From assembly GCA_002189035.1 (NCBI GenBank), contig NEEC01000016.1, forward strand, positions 2,356,001 through 2,420,000: a stretch of 64,000 bases of DNA. The letters run 5' to 3'. Below are positions 39,368 to 52,599 of the stretch, one piece after another. Made by a program: the position numbers and the translations under genes. The stretch's first letter is position 1. Each line of letters begins with the position of its first letter. Origin of the DNA: Utricularia gibba. Lineage: Eukaryota; Plantae; Magnoliophyta. The notes below the pieces were generated by a model. It was not told the origin of the DNA. It saw nothing but the letters and a program-made list of their open reading frames with translations, and did no database searches.

Positions 39368-40607
39368 AACCAACCCCCTCCCTGGTCATCTAAGATTGTT
39401 GTATGGAACAACCCGCCAACTGTGATAATGGCTCACATCCATCCTTTCTACATGATGAGTTAGAAATACTCCCACGTCCGCCATTAATTACTTGACTCGC
39501 ACACAGGCAGCAGGCAGCCGGGCGGCCCAGCTTTTAATTATTTTATTTCACTTAAATTTGTAGATTACCTAATGTGTGCTACATGTGATAGAAAAGTACC
39601 CCACTTCTACTTAATTCTATTGTATACAATTTATATTAGCGCATAAGTCCATTTTATCTACATGTATGTTGATATGGATTTTAATATTGTTTTTATTTTA
39701 TCATGTAAATTTGATAAATGATGTGAAAAATATTAATTTGTACTAAATATATGATAATTAAATATAAAAATAGTTATAAAACTTAAAAATATAATTAATT
39801 TTTCAATTTAGTTTTTTAAATAGGAAAATGTTTTTAAAAAAATCAAAATTATATTGACACTGATTATCAAAACTTTTTAGGAAAATAACCTTTTCTAGAA
39901 AAATCTATTAATCAAATAATCATATTCTGCAATTTTTAGCATACTAGTTTTCTTTTATGTATTTATTTGTTAAGTAGTCATAATTTTTTAATATTATATT
40001 TTGTATAATAAAAATAACTATTATATTGAAAAAAAATTAATTATAAGTATAAATGTGTATATATATATATATATATATATAATTTTGATTTAATTAAAAA
40101 TCGTATTATTAAAAATACATAATTTATTTAATAATATTATTAAATTAAATTGAATTTTATAAAAAAATATATTTTGTAATGAAAATAAATCCAACCCGTG
40201 ATCATCTAATTTTAAAACAAAAATATTTTCAAATAAGGTACAAAAGTCATTTACATATAAATCATACCATGTATCAGATGTATATGATATGCTATGTATA
40301 ATCTATATCCGTGTGCGAGGACATGATTTGTGCATAATCCGTGCCCATATCGTATATAAATAACACAAGTATCGTTTCTGTATAACTAATGTCTATATCA
40401 TATACAAAGTATATAGGATTGTGGTTTATGTATAATTTATGCCCATAGTTTAATTGATGTTGTAATTGTTTTTTAAACTTGAGAGTCGACTATTCAATTT
40501 GTATGCATTGCATATTATATTTTTCAATAAATAACTAATTATGACCCTATTTTTATATATTATATAATATCATATTTTACAAATTAAAAATAATGAAGGG
40601 GAGCTAT

Positions 40608-42840
40608 TAGGTGTAGCAACATGTAGAGTTGGGTATGGATAAGGGTTGACCCATGTATCCGATGGGTTGACTAGTGACGGATCCAACCCATTACCCATAA
40701 CCATCGAAAACGTGTATGGGATGGGTTGGATATACACGGGTACAGGTCGACCCAACGAGTCAGCTAAATTGGGCCTGTAATGTAGTCTATTAAGAAGTGT
40801 TGGAGTACTCAACTATTGGGCTTCAATCTATTTTATGTATATGATGTTACAAAGGCCCAATTCACAAGAATATAAATACATGAGCAGCCCATAACCTACT
40901 TATCAAACGCTTGTGCCCCTCTCGCTTGAATACAAGAAAATATTCAAACGCTTATGCTGTTCATTGCGCATTTAGGAGCTGAATCTGAATTTTTGAAGGC
41001 TGTTGGACAACAATTGGAGCTGAATCCCTAAAACCCACGTGCTTTGCGTTGTTTAAAGACCTTCCAAAAGGTATGTGCGTGACTATCCAAAGAGAAATTG
41101 ACATGTGTATATGTGGCTTACAGTTATTTATGTAAGGTTTGGGAGCGATTTATTTCTCTTGATTGTGTTTCAAGTAACAAAATATAGAAGAATCGCATCA
41201 AAGTGTCACACCTTCACACCAACGGCATCTCGAGTGTGATATTGAAATGTATTTGTAAGTATTGTGGAATTGTATATGACCATGGTAAGGGTGGTTCAAC
41301 TTCTAATTTCATTCGCCACATTAGAAATAAGCATATAGACAAGACATGTACTTCATTGAGACAACCTACTTTGAAATTTATGTGTGGCCATGTTTCGAGC
41401 TTTTCATTTGATCTTGATGCTGCCCAAATTGATTATGTACTTATATTGATTGCTAGTGAAAAATCTTTTGTAGAAGTAGAGAATCCGTTTTTTAGAAATT
41501 TTTATCAATCTAGATTGCAACTTAGATTCGCTCCCATGTCTAGGAGAAAAACGGTTAAAATTGCATTAAAACAATTTGAAGAAAAAAAAAACTATGTTTG
41601 ACCTCTGATTTTCAATCTATGAAATGCAAATTTGGTTTAACTTGTGATAGTTGGCATGGTATCAATGGTGAGAATTATTTAGTTGTAAATGCTCATTGGA
41701 TTGATTTCAAATGGTTTATTTAAAAGAGAATCCTTGGGTTTAGACCTTTGGATTCTCCACACACGGGGGGCACAAATTGCTGAATTGAGTATTTAATTGT
41801 TGATTGTGTATTTAATATAAATCTTGATAATGCCTCCAATAATACTACTGCAACGTCCATGTTGAAATTATCTATAAATCATGTTTTAGGTGGATATTTC
41901 TTTAGATCAAGATGCATTTGTCATATTTTGAATTTATGTGTACAAGATGCATTAAATGAAAATGATATTGAGGCTGCTTTGTCTAGTGTGCATAGGATAG
42001 TTTACCATGTGAAGATGTTTAGCAAAAAAGAGCGTCTTTTAAGTGTCTATGTGAGTTAAAAAGTCTGCCATTCCGAACTCTAAAAATAGATTTTCCAACA
42101 CAATGGAATTCTACGTTTTTCATGCTTCAATCTTTTATTCTTTATAGAGAAGTTGTTTCATTGTTTTTAACTACGCATACCGACCTAAATATTCTAATTG
42201 ATGATGATGTGTATGCTAAGTTTGACATATTGGTTGACTTGCTTTTGGTTTTTCATAAATACACTAGGTTATTTAGTGGTGTTTACTATACTACCACATA
42301 TGTTGTGTTGCCTGCCTTAATTGCCATAGCCTCTACATTTAAAAAATATTTCGAAATGGAATTGGTCTCTGATATTGTAAGATCTATGGTTTATAAATTT
42401 ATGAAATATTTTGAAACTATACCTACATTGTTTTTTGTAGCAAACATGCTTGATCCTAGGGTGAAGGCAACCGGTTTGCAAACTGGTTTAAATTTGTTTT
42501 GTGATTATTTTACATCCCTTGGACTTCCTAATATTTGGCTGGATGCACAAAATGTATACTTCTACTTTAGATGCTTTAACATATTTGCATGTCTTTTATG
42601 AGTGTGAAGCATCCAATACGCGGGTTGGAAGTGAGGAGTTGCATAGAGGTATCTCCTCTTCTGCGGATGATTATTATTCCATGATTTCGGCGTCTCCAAG
42701 CATGACCACAAAGGCCAGTGAGATGGCATTGTACAATGCAACCCACCAGTTCCAAGCTTGACCAGGGCTATTCTTGAAGCATGTGTTTGTTTAAAGAATG
42801 ATAACTTTGACGTCTTGAATGACTTAGGTTCTACCCTTTT
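40608..42840 (+). mobile_element. Decayed hAT transposon (BED finger plus hAT transposase pseudogene)
   Basis: Left end TAGGTGTAGCAAC with GGGT-rich subterminal repeats; CKYCG...TSNFIRHIRNKH (BED), LTCDSW...YLVVNAHWID, CICHILNLCVQD, PTQWNSTFFML, MLDPRVK, LTRAILEACVCLK. Right end not found. Confidence 0.82.
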
Positions 42841-42887
42841 TTCGTGAACTGTTATGATTTTCATACTTGAGGACAAACATAATCTAG

Positions 42888-44125
42888 TATTAAGTCGCTC
42901 AAATTAGGAGTCTTATTATTAAGTATTTAATTTTTATTAGAAAATTTTTATTTTCCTATTTTTTTTATATATTTTCCGTCTTTTTTCTCACACTTTGACC
43001 GAGACATGTCAAGAAACTATCGTGGAGTGTTGTAGGAGTATTGCAGGTGGTCAAAGTCTGACTTTTCGTGCCTTGTACGTGACTTGGAACAATTGTGGGC
43101 AGAAGACTGACACTGATCAAGGCCCCTGACTTACGGCATGTCAGAGTCTGCAGAAATGATTGGGCGCTAACTTACACGCAAAGGAAGTCTTGTGGTGCAT
43201 GCAAGACAGAAGAAATGATGGGAAGGGGACCCAATAGAGTTAATGCATGTGGGGAATGATATAAAAGTCACTTGGAGCACTTAGTTTGGACCTTTTTGAA
43301 CTTTTGTTTCTAGACTTAGAACTTTGGAGTTCTTCCTCCCCTCAAGGAGGAAGAACACTTAGTTTTCAATTTCGTTTCTGTTTTCATGGCCCTTTGTGGC
43401 TAAAACTCTTTAGTTTCTAGGAGAAGATGAAGTTTCCTTCCAAGTCCTGAGCAATATACTCGGTTCTTTGCTGAAATCATCTCGGATTCTGCATACTTCC
43501 ACGCATTTTGATGCAGTTTTTCTGTAACGACTCCTAGTCAAGGTCCATGAGTAGCAGGCCACTCCTCGCGGATTTTGTTGAAGATCAAGGTGAAGAGCAC
43601 CAACTCCAATCCTACTGGTTCGAGGTAAGTAGCAGATTGTTTGTGGCCTAGGTACCGCGATAGGGGACAGGTTGTGACCTCGGACCTGCCACTAGCCATT
43701 GGCAACAGCTAGGCACACACAGGTTTTGAAGGCAATCGAAGGCAATCCTCTTGTCTTTCTAATCATCCAAGGGAAAATCACATGAGGCTATTCCCGTGCA
43801 TCCTTGTCAATCAGAGTGTAAGGGAGAGTAGGCTATAACCAGCTATTTGGAAGAAATCAGTGAAAACCTAGGCAAGGATGAACAAAAGAAGAAGATGGAA
43901 TCTCATTCTCAGAAACTGCATCCCATAGTCAAGGCCCCATCACTTAGGTTGTAACTTTTATTTCTGCATTTCACCAACCCATTTTACAAAACCATGACAT
44001 TTTGTAGAAGTTCTTTACAAAACACTTTTCACGAGAAACAACTCCTAAGATCGATACTCGTACTACGCTTTTTTGTGTTTTACGTTTTATACATTTAAAA
44101 TTTGTTGAGGAAACGACACACAACA
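42888..44125 (+). mobile_element. Athila-like LTR (solo or 3' LTR of a truncated element)
   Basis: 3' half aligns with 1-596 and ends CAACA; the 5' boundary is approximate and no TSD was confirmed. Confidence 0.62.
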
Positions 44126-45989
44126 CTCAACAACAACAAAAGTTTGCTCACTAAAAGTTACATAAAGCACTAAATCAACTTGTGTCTTATGTAGATCAAA
44201 AGCAAAACAATCGCTCATGCTACCTTCTACCACATTTAATTGATATTGAATAAAAGAATTTGATAATGTATTCATGTGTTTCTCCTTTTGGGTAAACATA
44301 GATCTTGACACAATATTTCACATTTAATAGATGAAATGATCACGCTATTCAATCTTCCCACTCTTTCTACGTTTCTTCTTAGAACCATAGGGAACTTTAT
44401 CTACATTTTCATTTATGCCACAATCAGCTCCATTGTCATTTGACAAAGTATCATGCACTCTTGCACATTTTTGAAGGAGTGGATAATGGAGTATACATTT
44501 TCGAGTAAAGCAATGGTCACTAGGTTCGAACTTTGAAAAGGGGAATCTTTGGCTTCTATAGTTTTGATTTTGAAACAAAAATTTTTGAAAAACAACAACA
44601 TTGAAAACTATGGAGACAAGGGAAGAGCAACTCTCATTGGGCTAGGGTTTGCTTTCAATTTTTTCCCAAGAATGAGAATGAGGGGTATGGAAAATGAGTC
44701 CTTAGTCAATTTTATCTATTTTATTTTTTAATAAAATTTATTTGAAACAGTGGGTAAAACTTAGGTGCATTTTCCAAACCAAACCATAACAATAATTTGG
44801 ATGATTACAGTTAGGGTCAAACTGAGATGGGTTGGTCAATGCGATTTATAGGTCAACCTGCCTGTAGCCTAGCTCTACTACTGAATGTGCTTGCAAGGAA
44901 GTAATTGAAGATGATCTATTCCAACACCTGACCCCCACAACTTACTTCCCACTATTGAGAAATGTGTCTATGCATAGGCCCATGCAGGAATTGGTGAGTT
45001 AAGTTTGTCTCCTAAACAATATTGCTGTCTACTGATCTATTGTTTAAAAGTGAGACTTGGTTACAAGTTATTAATTTATAATGTTGGTGTTATAAAACCT
45101 TCATCCTATTGGGTCTGCCTCTAGTGATCCTTAAGTGATCTCTTTGCACAAGAGTAGATTTTATAGGGTGCTTCGTGTTTCAGCATTCTAAGATTCAACA
45201 CAGTAAAATTTCATCAAACATCTCAAACGTTTTACCTAATAGCAAAAAAAATCCTCAAAATTTGATGTAAATCACATTTCATCCTGAATGGCTAAATTGA
45301 TTCTACCATTTGACCTATCAAGTACAATTGATTCCCAAACTTTAAAATGTCCTACAAAATTAGTCTCCAAAGTTTCATATCTAGGCAATTTTATTCTCTA
45401 TCGTTTATACACCAGACACGTTGGGTCTCCACTGTTATAGATCTCAATTGCGTTGATTTTTTTGTAAAATTGAACCCAAATAAAGTCTTTAACTCATTTT
45501 TTCACAATCCTTTTGCCTTTCCAAAAATCATCACCATCTCTTTGTTTGCCACAACTACACATCATTGTTTGCCATCAATAGGTATTACACCATGCCCATT
45601 TCCTATCAATCGCCACTGTCCCCCATCAATTGCATTGCACATCTTCTCATTGCACTTGTCACACTCGTCATGCCCTTACCTATCACGATCATAATGTATA
45701 GGGTTCACATCATGACAATGTTGATGATTATGTAAGAAAGTGACAGATGGGTCGTGTAGAGGTCCTATGTATGCATTTTGCTCTTAACAATGTCAAAAAT
45801 TATCTTCCTCCGTCATTGACATACAGCTTGCTTTAAACGAAAATGTGATTTTTGGTGTTTTAGTGGGCTAAATCCCTTGATTTAGCCAACCCATGTTGTA
45901 ACCCAATTTTTCAGTTTCTGCAACCAACTCTTTCATGATGTTTGACATTTTCGTTGCTTTATGTTAATGTTATCATGTTTTACTTTCAA

Positions 45990-46684
45990 AGTATGAGTAG
46001 CTAAAACCTTTGGGATGCCTTAAGGTGAAGTAAGGTGGTGTGTGCTTAGGATTAATAATGAAATTTATGTTTGTTCCTTAGCTCTTGTTTCTATCAATCC
46101 ATGGGTAGATCTAATGAGGGGAATAAGTAGCTTCACAACTTAGATGCTTGGTTTAGAGGTAGACCAACAAATTAAGACGGGAGCAGTAGATGTTAGTCTG
46201 GGGTAGAACCAGTAGAACCGGGTAGACCTAGTTCTATGTGCTTTGCATGTAGGTAGACCTAATTGCAATGTTAGTTGTGATATTGGGGACTAGCTTAGTC
46301 GAAAATATGATGAATGACTTGGGTAGACTTAGGTTATTTGAACTTGTGAGTGTAGGAACATGGTAAATTAAATTAGGTACCTTAGCATAACACCACCTAC
46401 AGATCCTTAAGGCATCTTCGTATAATTCTGAGTCAGAACCAGTACTTATTACCTTTAGCATTGAAACCTTATTTCGTTTACTGAGCTTACTTGCCACTGC
46501 TAGTCCAAGCTTAGACTAAGATCTACTGTTATTCAGAATCATGCATTTACTAAAACACTTAGCAAGCACAAGCTCTTGGTGATCGACCCCGATATCCACT
46601 ATACAAGTTTTCTAAATTTGTAATTTGTGTAGATTAGGAACTAAAAATTTATTTGATAATGAAATTTCTATTTTTGCAATGACA
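45990..46684 (+). mobile_element. Second, more degraded Athila-like LTR relic
   Basis: Typical words ATGAGTAGCTAAAACC and GATCGACCCCGATATCCACTATAC; boundaries uncertain. Confidence 0.35.
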
Positions 46685-46813
46685 TTAGGAAATTTCCGTT
46701 TATCAATTGGTATAATTAAGAACTTGGCATGCATATTTGCATGGAGCAAGTATGTTGTGAAACCATAAACTAGTAGAATATTCCATTGATAAAGCATTGA
46801 TCTGCATCATTAC

Positions 46814-47790
46814 TCAATTTTTTGATGAAAACTGATGATGGCTTCTTGGGTTTGTAGAAAACCTTATACCTTCATCTCGCTTTTGGGCAAAACAAGTTGT
46901 AAACATTTCATCCACTTTGATAAGCATCTCAAGAAGGGGGACATTACACTCATTTTTCAATGTAGAGTTGATGGACTTAGCATGATTGTTCAACAATAGT
47001 TTACACTTTAGTTCAATATAAAAAAATGCCCTTTACCACATGCTCAGATTCATGCCACACAATAGCTCTCATGTCTTAACAAAGTATTCCTTCGATGACT
47101 TCATCCCATGATTGAAGTCTACCTTCAAGCATTTCTGTATAGCTGACATATAATATATCTTTGAGATCACATGTCATAAACCTAAGATATATTATATTTG
47201 GATTCATAAAAATACACGTAATACAGGAATAAGATCCATTCCACCATCTAATATAATACAAAACATGCTTTCATTGTTTTCTAAAATCTCCATATCTGCT
47301 CTTGGTTTTTGTAGAATTCAAATCCAGTTATGTTTGCTTCCTTGTACGTCAATGTATAAGCTATTGGGAAAACACCGCTATTAGCATCCGGAGATGTGCC
47401 AAGCTGTAATTTTCCTTTTACTCGTGACACATAGATCCCATCAATACAAATTAAGTAAGGACAACATTGTTGGAAACCATCGTTGCGTGCATGCACCACA
47501 TACATAAAAATTAGCATTCCATGAAATATCCAGATACAATACAAATGATTGTTGACATCTACAACCATGCCAACAATGCTTTTCGGTTTAATGTATTTAT
47601 GTTCCTATACAAATTATTTGATGTAAGAGAAGTCTGAAACTATAGCTTGTTCCAGATATCAACATATTTGCTCTCTTGGACAACATATTTTGTGGGTCGA
47701 AATCTTCATGTTGAGCTCTTCTTTGATGTCACCCAATTCCATTGTTTTTTTATTGAGTGACTTTGTTAATTTCCTCTCATATTTAGCTAC
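46814..47790 (-). pseudogene. MULE transposase pseudogene
   Basis: GFQQCCPYLICIDGIY..KGKLQLGTSPDANSGVFPIAY (MULE DDE region) and NNHAKSINSTLK..NVPLLEML (NN.AES.N..LK motif). Confidence 0.72.
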
Positions 47791-49887
47791 TAGAAAGAGA
47801 GCATTGACAAGGGTATTTTTGGAATTCTAAAGATATGTTGGTGAATGCAAAACAATGTACTTGATGATCCAAGTTTCGTCATAGCATCTCTTGGAAACAT
47901 TGATACATTAGTCACAATGCATGTCGTCACGACCTATGCATCACACACACAGGCGATAATGATCGTATTTTACTATTTTGAAGCAAAATGCATTATCTAT
48001 GGCATACTCTATAATCACCTTCATCACTTGTACCTTGTTTACAAATTTAAGACCTTTTCTGAAATAGTGTATATTATTAATACAAAACATATAAAAAATT
48101 TACAAAAAATAATGACTTTAAACTAGTCTATATCTTGTAAACTACATTGCCAAGCACGAATGTTAGCGTTTCTTTTCAACAATGAACAGAGTGATGATTC
48201 CGAGTAAGAAACCAGGTGTTCCTTTTATAGTCTTTATGATTGTCTTTGCTGAGTTTTATCAAGTGCAATTTTATGCATAGAATGACATATGTGCGAAAAC
48301 AAATCACAAATATATAAAATTTATTAGGGATTTTTTTTCGTCAAAACAAGCAGATATGTCACCATATCCATTATAGTTAGATTTCTTCTTTCATTTACTC
48401 CATTCTACTCAATTATATCGGGAACAATAAATTGATGAATTATAATTTCTTGTTCTCATATTTTTACAAGCTCATATGGTGTATACTCACTTTTATTGTT
48501 TGGGTTGATTTATTTATTTATTTATTCCATCATGGTTTTCGATCCAACCCTTAAAGATTTTGAAGTAGTTTACTACATTCAATCTATTGGGTATAATGAA
48601 AATCCAAACTAAATATTAAAAAATACCTATTACTTGTAGGGGCTGTCACAAATCTCAAGTCTTCTCACCATGAATACAGATGGTGAGAAGACTTGAGAAT
48701 ACCTAAATATTCAGAGTTGCAAAAGAATGGTGATGGTGACTCATGCCAATCCAAACTCATTTTGTGAATGCAAAACAAGAAAATAAGCATGGTTTTAAGA
48801 ATCATACATCCTACTTTGTTGAGCTTTTTAGAAACAATGCAAAATAAAGAAGAAAACCAAAGTTAACAAGGAACAATCCCTTTCAAGCTAATAAGGGGAT
48901 CATATAAGCACATAATCATACTTGTTCCAGAGAAAACATAATAAAGTTATTTTTTATATTGAATAGTAGCATTCATCCCATTTATCTTATTCACTTAATG
49001 CACAACACCTCTTTCTAATAGCTAGAACAAACAAGCTTTTGTTTTCTTCTGTGTTTTGCATTGTTTCTAAAAAAGCCCAACAAGTCAGGATGTATCATTC
49101 TTAAAATAATATTTATTTTCTTGTTTAACATTCACAAAATGAATTTAGAATCCTTAATACCCTTGTAAATCAATAATAACAGTTTTCCTAAAAAGACTAG
49201 GTGTCCTATTGATTATTTTCCACATAAGTCTTGCCTATTTGATATACATGATCAACATGGGTTTTGAAGAAAATGTCCAATCCTTATGAAATTAGTTGTC
49301 CCACAATTAATAGATTGTGAGATGCCTTGAGCACATGATAAACTTCTTGTATTTTGGGTATGTAGTTGCATGATCTAACTATATAGTTCCAATTCCATAC
49401 ACTTTTATCATAGTCGACTCTATTGATTTTCCAACCAACATCTTGTGGTTTATAGAGGGACTAAATTGTTGAGCTAAGTGGTTGTTGCAACAGCTATTTA
49501 TGACCCATGTTTCTTTGTTTGCAAAATTATTTGTTCTAGACAACATTGTGTCTTTACAGAGAGAGTAAATATCAATATTATTTTTATACTCGGAATAGAA
49601 AGGTAAATATCAACATTTGTTCTAGATAACATTGTGTACAAGGGTATATGAGTTAGAATCAAGTGTTAGTTTTGGTAGCATAATTGATTCGATAGTTCTA
49701 TTAATCGAGGGATAGTACTATAATGGTTACCAAGTAGCATTATTTTAGAATAACATCTTTAGAACTTGTGCATACGGATCAATTATAAATGTTTACACAC
49801 ATACACACACACATCAATGAGTTTTAACATGATAGATCCTACATCTAAAACCACTTTTACATTATAAATGTTTACACACACACAAAC

Positions 49888-50421
49888 TGTTGACGGCGAA
49901 AATCGGTATTCGGGCAGGAGCCGATTTCCGGGTTATGGGTGTGGCTGGGTGTGTCGTACCTGATTTAGGTTCAGGTGTTGTGTGGGGTGCGATGTGATTA
50001 ATAGAAAAAGAGAAAGACGAGATTTTTACATGGAAACTGTTAGAAAACGGAAAAACTACGAAGTTGTCGGAGCTCGCCAGAAAATGATCTCTACTAAATG
50101 GAGGAGGTGAGGAAATACAAGTTGGCGGGCTTGGGGTTGAACCCTGTCATCTGCATGATTTCTTGTATTTATAGATGGGATGGGTATGACTAAATCCTGA
50201 ATTCTGTAGTTGTCGGCTACTTTCTGCGCCTATTGTACATACTATGGTCCTGCTTTCAGGTAACTATCGACTGCCTTACCATTTCCGTAATTCGGCTACT
50301 TTTCAGATTGTCCAAAACAGTTGCTGCTGGCAAACCTCTGACAGTTATCGATTTGTTGGCCTGCGCCAATCTATCAGGACACTTTTCTGTCAATTACCTC
50401 ACTCCGATTTATCCCCCATCA
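49888..50421 (-). repeat. 3' LTR of Tat element 2
   Basis: Colinear with 56954-57455; retains the TATA box (CTATAAAT on the minus strand near 50166-50173). Confidence 0.9.
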
Positions 50422-50789
50422 TTCAGCCCCTCTGATTTGCCGATATGGGCATTTTCTGAGCAGATTGGTGAATCAGAACCACCGCTATGTCGTTCTCGGG
50501 TATGCCGATTTCCTACGGATTAGTCTTAACCCGATTTAAATCGATCTCCATGCCACGTGTCATCTCCTGGATGCTCCACATTTTTCCCGCTCATGTTGGG
50601 AACCTCAAATGATGTTCCGTTTCGACTTCCGAATATCTCCTCTATAAATTCATGCTCTTTTAGTCATTTTTATCTTTCGCTTTCTCTTTTCGCCATGAGA
50701 CCTCCATGTTTTTCATGCTCTGTCGCGTCTGCCACCGTAAATATCCACCGAGAACCGCAGATTTCTCAGGTTCCAGTATGCCTTTTGTC

Positions 50790-52570
50790 TTTTTCAGTCA
50801 ATTTTGGGGATCGTTGTACATCGTCAGTCAAGCAAGGGACAGTCAAATACCTTGGGGGGTAGGAGAAAGGCCTCTTCCTTGCTTTAGTCTTCCGATTCCT
50901 TTCTCCTATTTGGAAAGCGGTCTTTGCTTCCTTCTCCACCCCCTTATTGTCCAATTTCTGAATATGTTTACCGTCTCGCTTTACTGCCTTTCTCCAAATT
51001 TGTTTTACCACCTTCATCTTTTATTTGGTAGGCATGGATTCGAGTATGACGTTGGTGGATTTTTTTCAACTGTTCAAAGTGGCAGTCCGTAAAGCCAAAC
51101 GTTCAATGCATGGTTTTGTTTATTTAAAATTTAGCCAATTCGAAGATCATCCCAATTTTATGTTAAAGGCCTCTTATACCCACCACAACTGGTGGTGGGT
51201 CGCCCCTCCGTTGAGAGCCAGATGGAACTTTCCGACTAAGCCCTTGACTCCAAGGTAAGACCCTTCAGACGTTTCCGTCCCTCTAATGGGTCTCGTAGAG
51301 GGGTATATTGGAAACTTAGTAACTTTGCTACCAAGCTTGAGTTTCGAGCCTTAATGCTCTCTCGGAACAGTCAGTGGATAGATTTCGTTATCCCTCATGG
51401 ATCCGAGTTGGAGTTCCAGTAGGTTCTTTGATCTCCCTCTAACCCGAATTCTAATTCGGCTACCTCTTCTATTTCTAATCCGGTTGTCCCCGTTTCTCCC
51501 AATCCTATTCCTGAACCTTATGCTCAATCCCCGGTTCCCAAGAAAAATAAAAAGTTAAGGTTTGTGCCCACAAACCTTCCAAAAAGCAAAAAGGTATTCG
51601 GCTCCTCTTTCTGTCTAGTGACTATCTTCTCCGATTTTAACTATTTCCTCATTTCGGCTCACAGTTGACAACATGGCGAAAAGAGCCGGACTGGAGGCCT
51701 TCATCATGGCACGTTTTTTCTGCAGAGATGCATCAGGCTCAAGGTCCAGCACCATATACATCCCCTTCTCCACAGGTTAGTCTTTCATGGGCATTGTGGC
51801 CGATACTCTTATTCTGACCCTTCACGGGAATCCACTTTTCAGGCCCACTCCTTGAGGGTTTAATCCGACAACATTAACTATCTCTCGGAAGGAGATAGAG
51901 GGATCTGAATTTCTGAAGGTCGAGAGCAGACCCCACCCCCTCACCTTGGGAAGAGGAAAGAGAAAGTTCTATCCTCACCGGAGATGATGAGAGATTCGGT
52001 CCCCGGGGTCCCTCTCATTCCAACTGCTCCTTCCCCATCGAGGCCTCGAACAGATGCGGTAGGGGGTGCCCCACATGCACCAATCTCGATCCCTGCTGAA
52101 TAGGGTACTTAACGGGATTTGGGAGGTACGATTCTTTTCGCTCAGGTACTAAACATACTTAGTTTCTGAGCTAGCCTCTTTTTAACGCTTAGGGTTTTAC
52201 CCTTGGGTGGAGTTTGCTTAAAGAAGTCGGCTCCCTTTTCGAGAAGGTTTCCAACCTTCAGGATGTGGTCGTGGTGCAAGACGCTAAGATCAGGCTTATG
52301 GAGGACGAGGAATGTTCCCTGCAAATAACTTTGGGTAAGAGAACTCGGCATGAGGCCGATCTGGAGAAGGTAGTAGAAGAGATGGGAAAAGCCATCGATG
52401 ATGCCACTTTTGAGAAGGAGGCATTCAAGGTCAAGTTTGGGGAGAGCAGCTCATAGTTATCACATGTGAGGGATCGCCTTTCCGCGCTAGAGGCCGAACT
52501 ACATGATCAGGAAGTTTCTTGATGAAAGATCTTGGACGACTTCATCAACTCTTCTTGCTTCCAAGAGCTT
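50790..52570 (+). pseudogene. Spliced antisense ORF of Tat element 2 (Transposase_28-like plus coiled coil)
   Basis: LVDFFQLFKVAVRKAK...KASYTHHNWWWVAPP..RWNFP, GT-AG introns 51594-51664 and 52126-52192, and HEADLEKVVEEMGKAIDDATFEKEAFKVKF; colinear with the element 1 antisense ORF. Confidence 0.78.
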
Positions 52571-52599
52571 TATGATATCTATGCTGGCAACATCGGCAT

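Noticed and set aside
44130-45900. Additional transposase ORFs and MULE termini
   Set aside because: Some TIR-like words are present (e.g. GGCTAAATTG near 45291), but no partner terminus, TSD or assignable protein motif could be found.
47800-49880. Genes or defined elements in this AT-rich stretch
   Set aside because: Only short spurious ORFs and undiagnosable repeat-like text; no termini or motifs to support a call.
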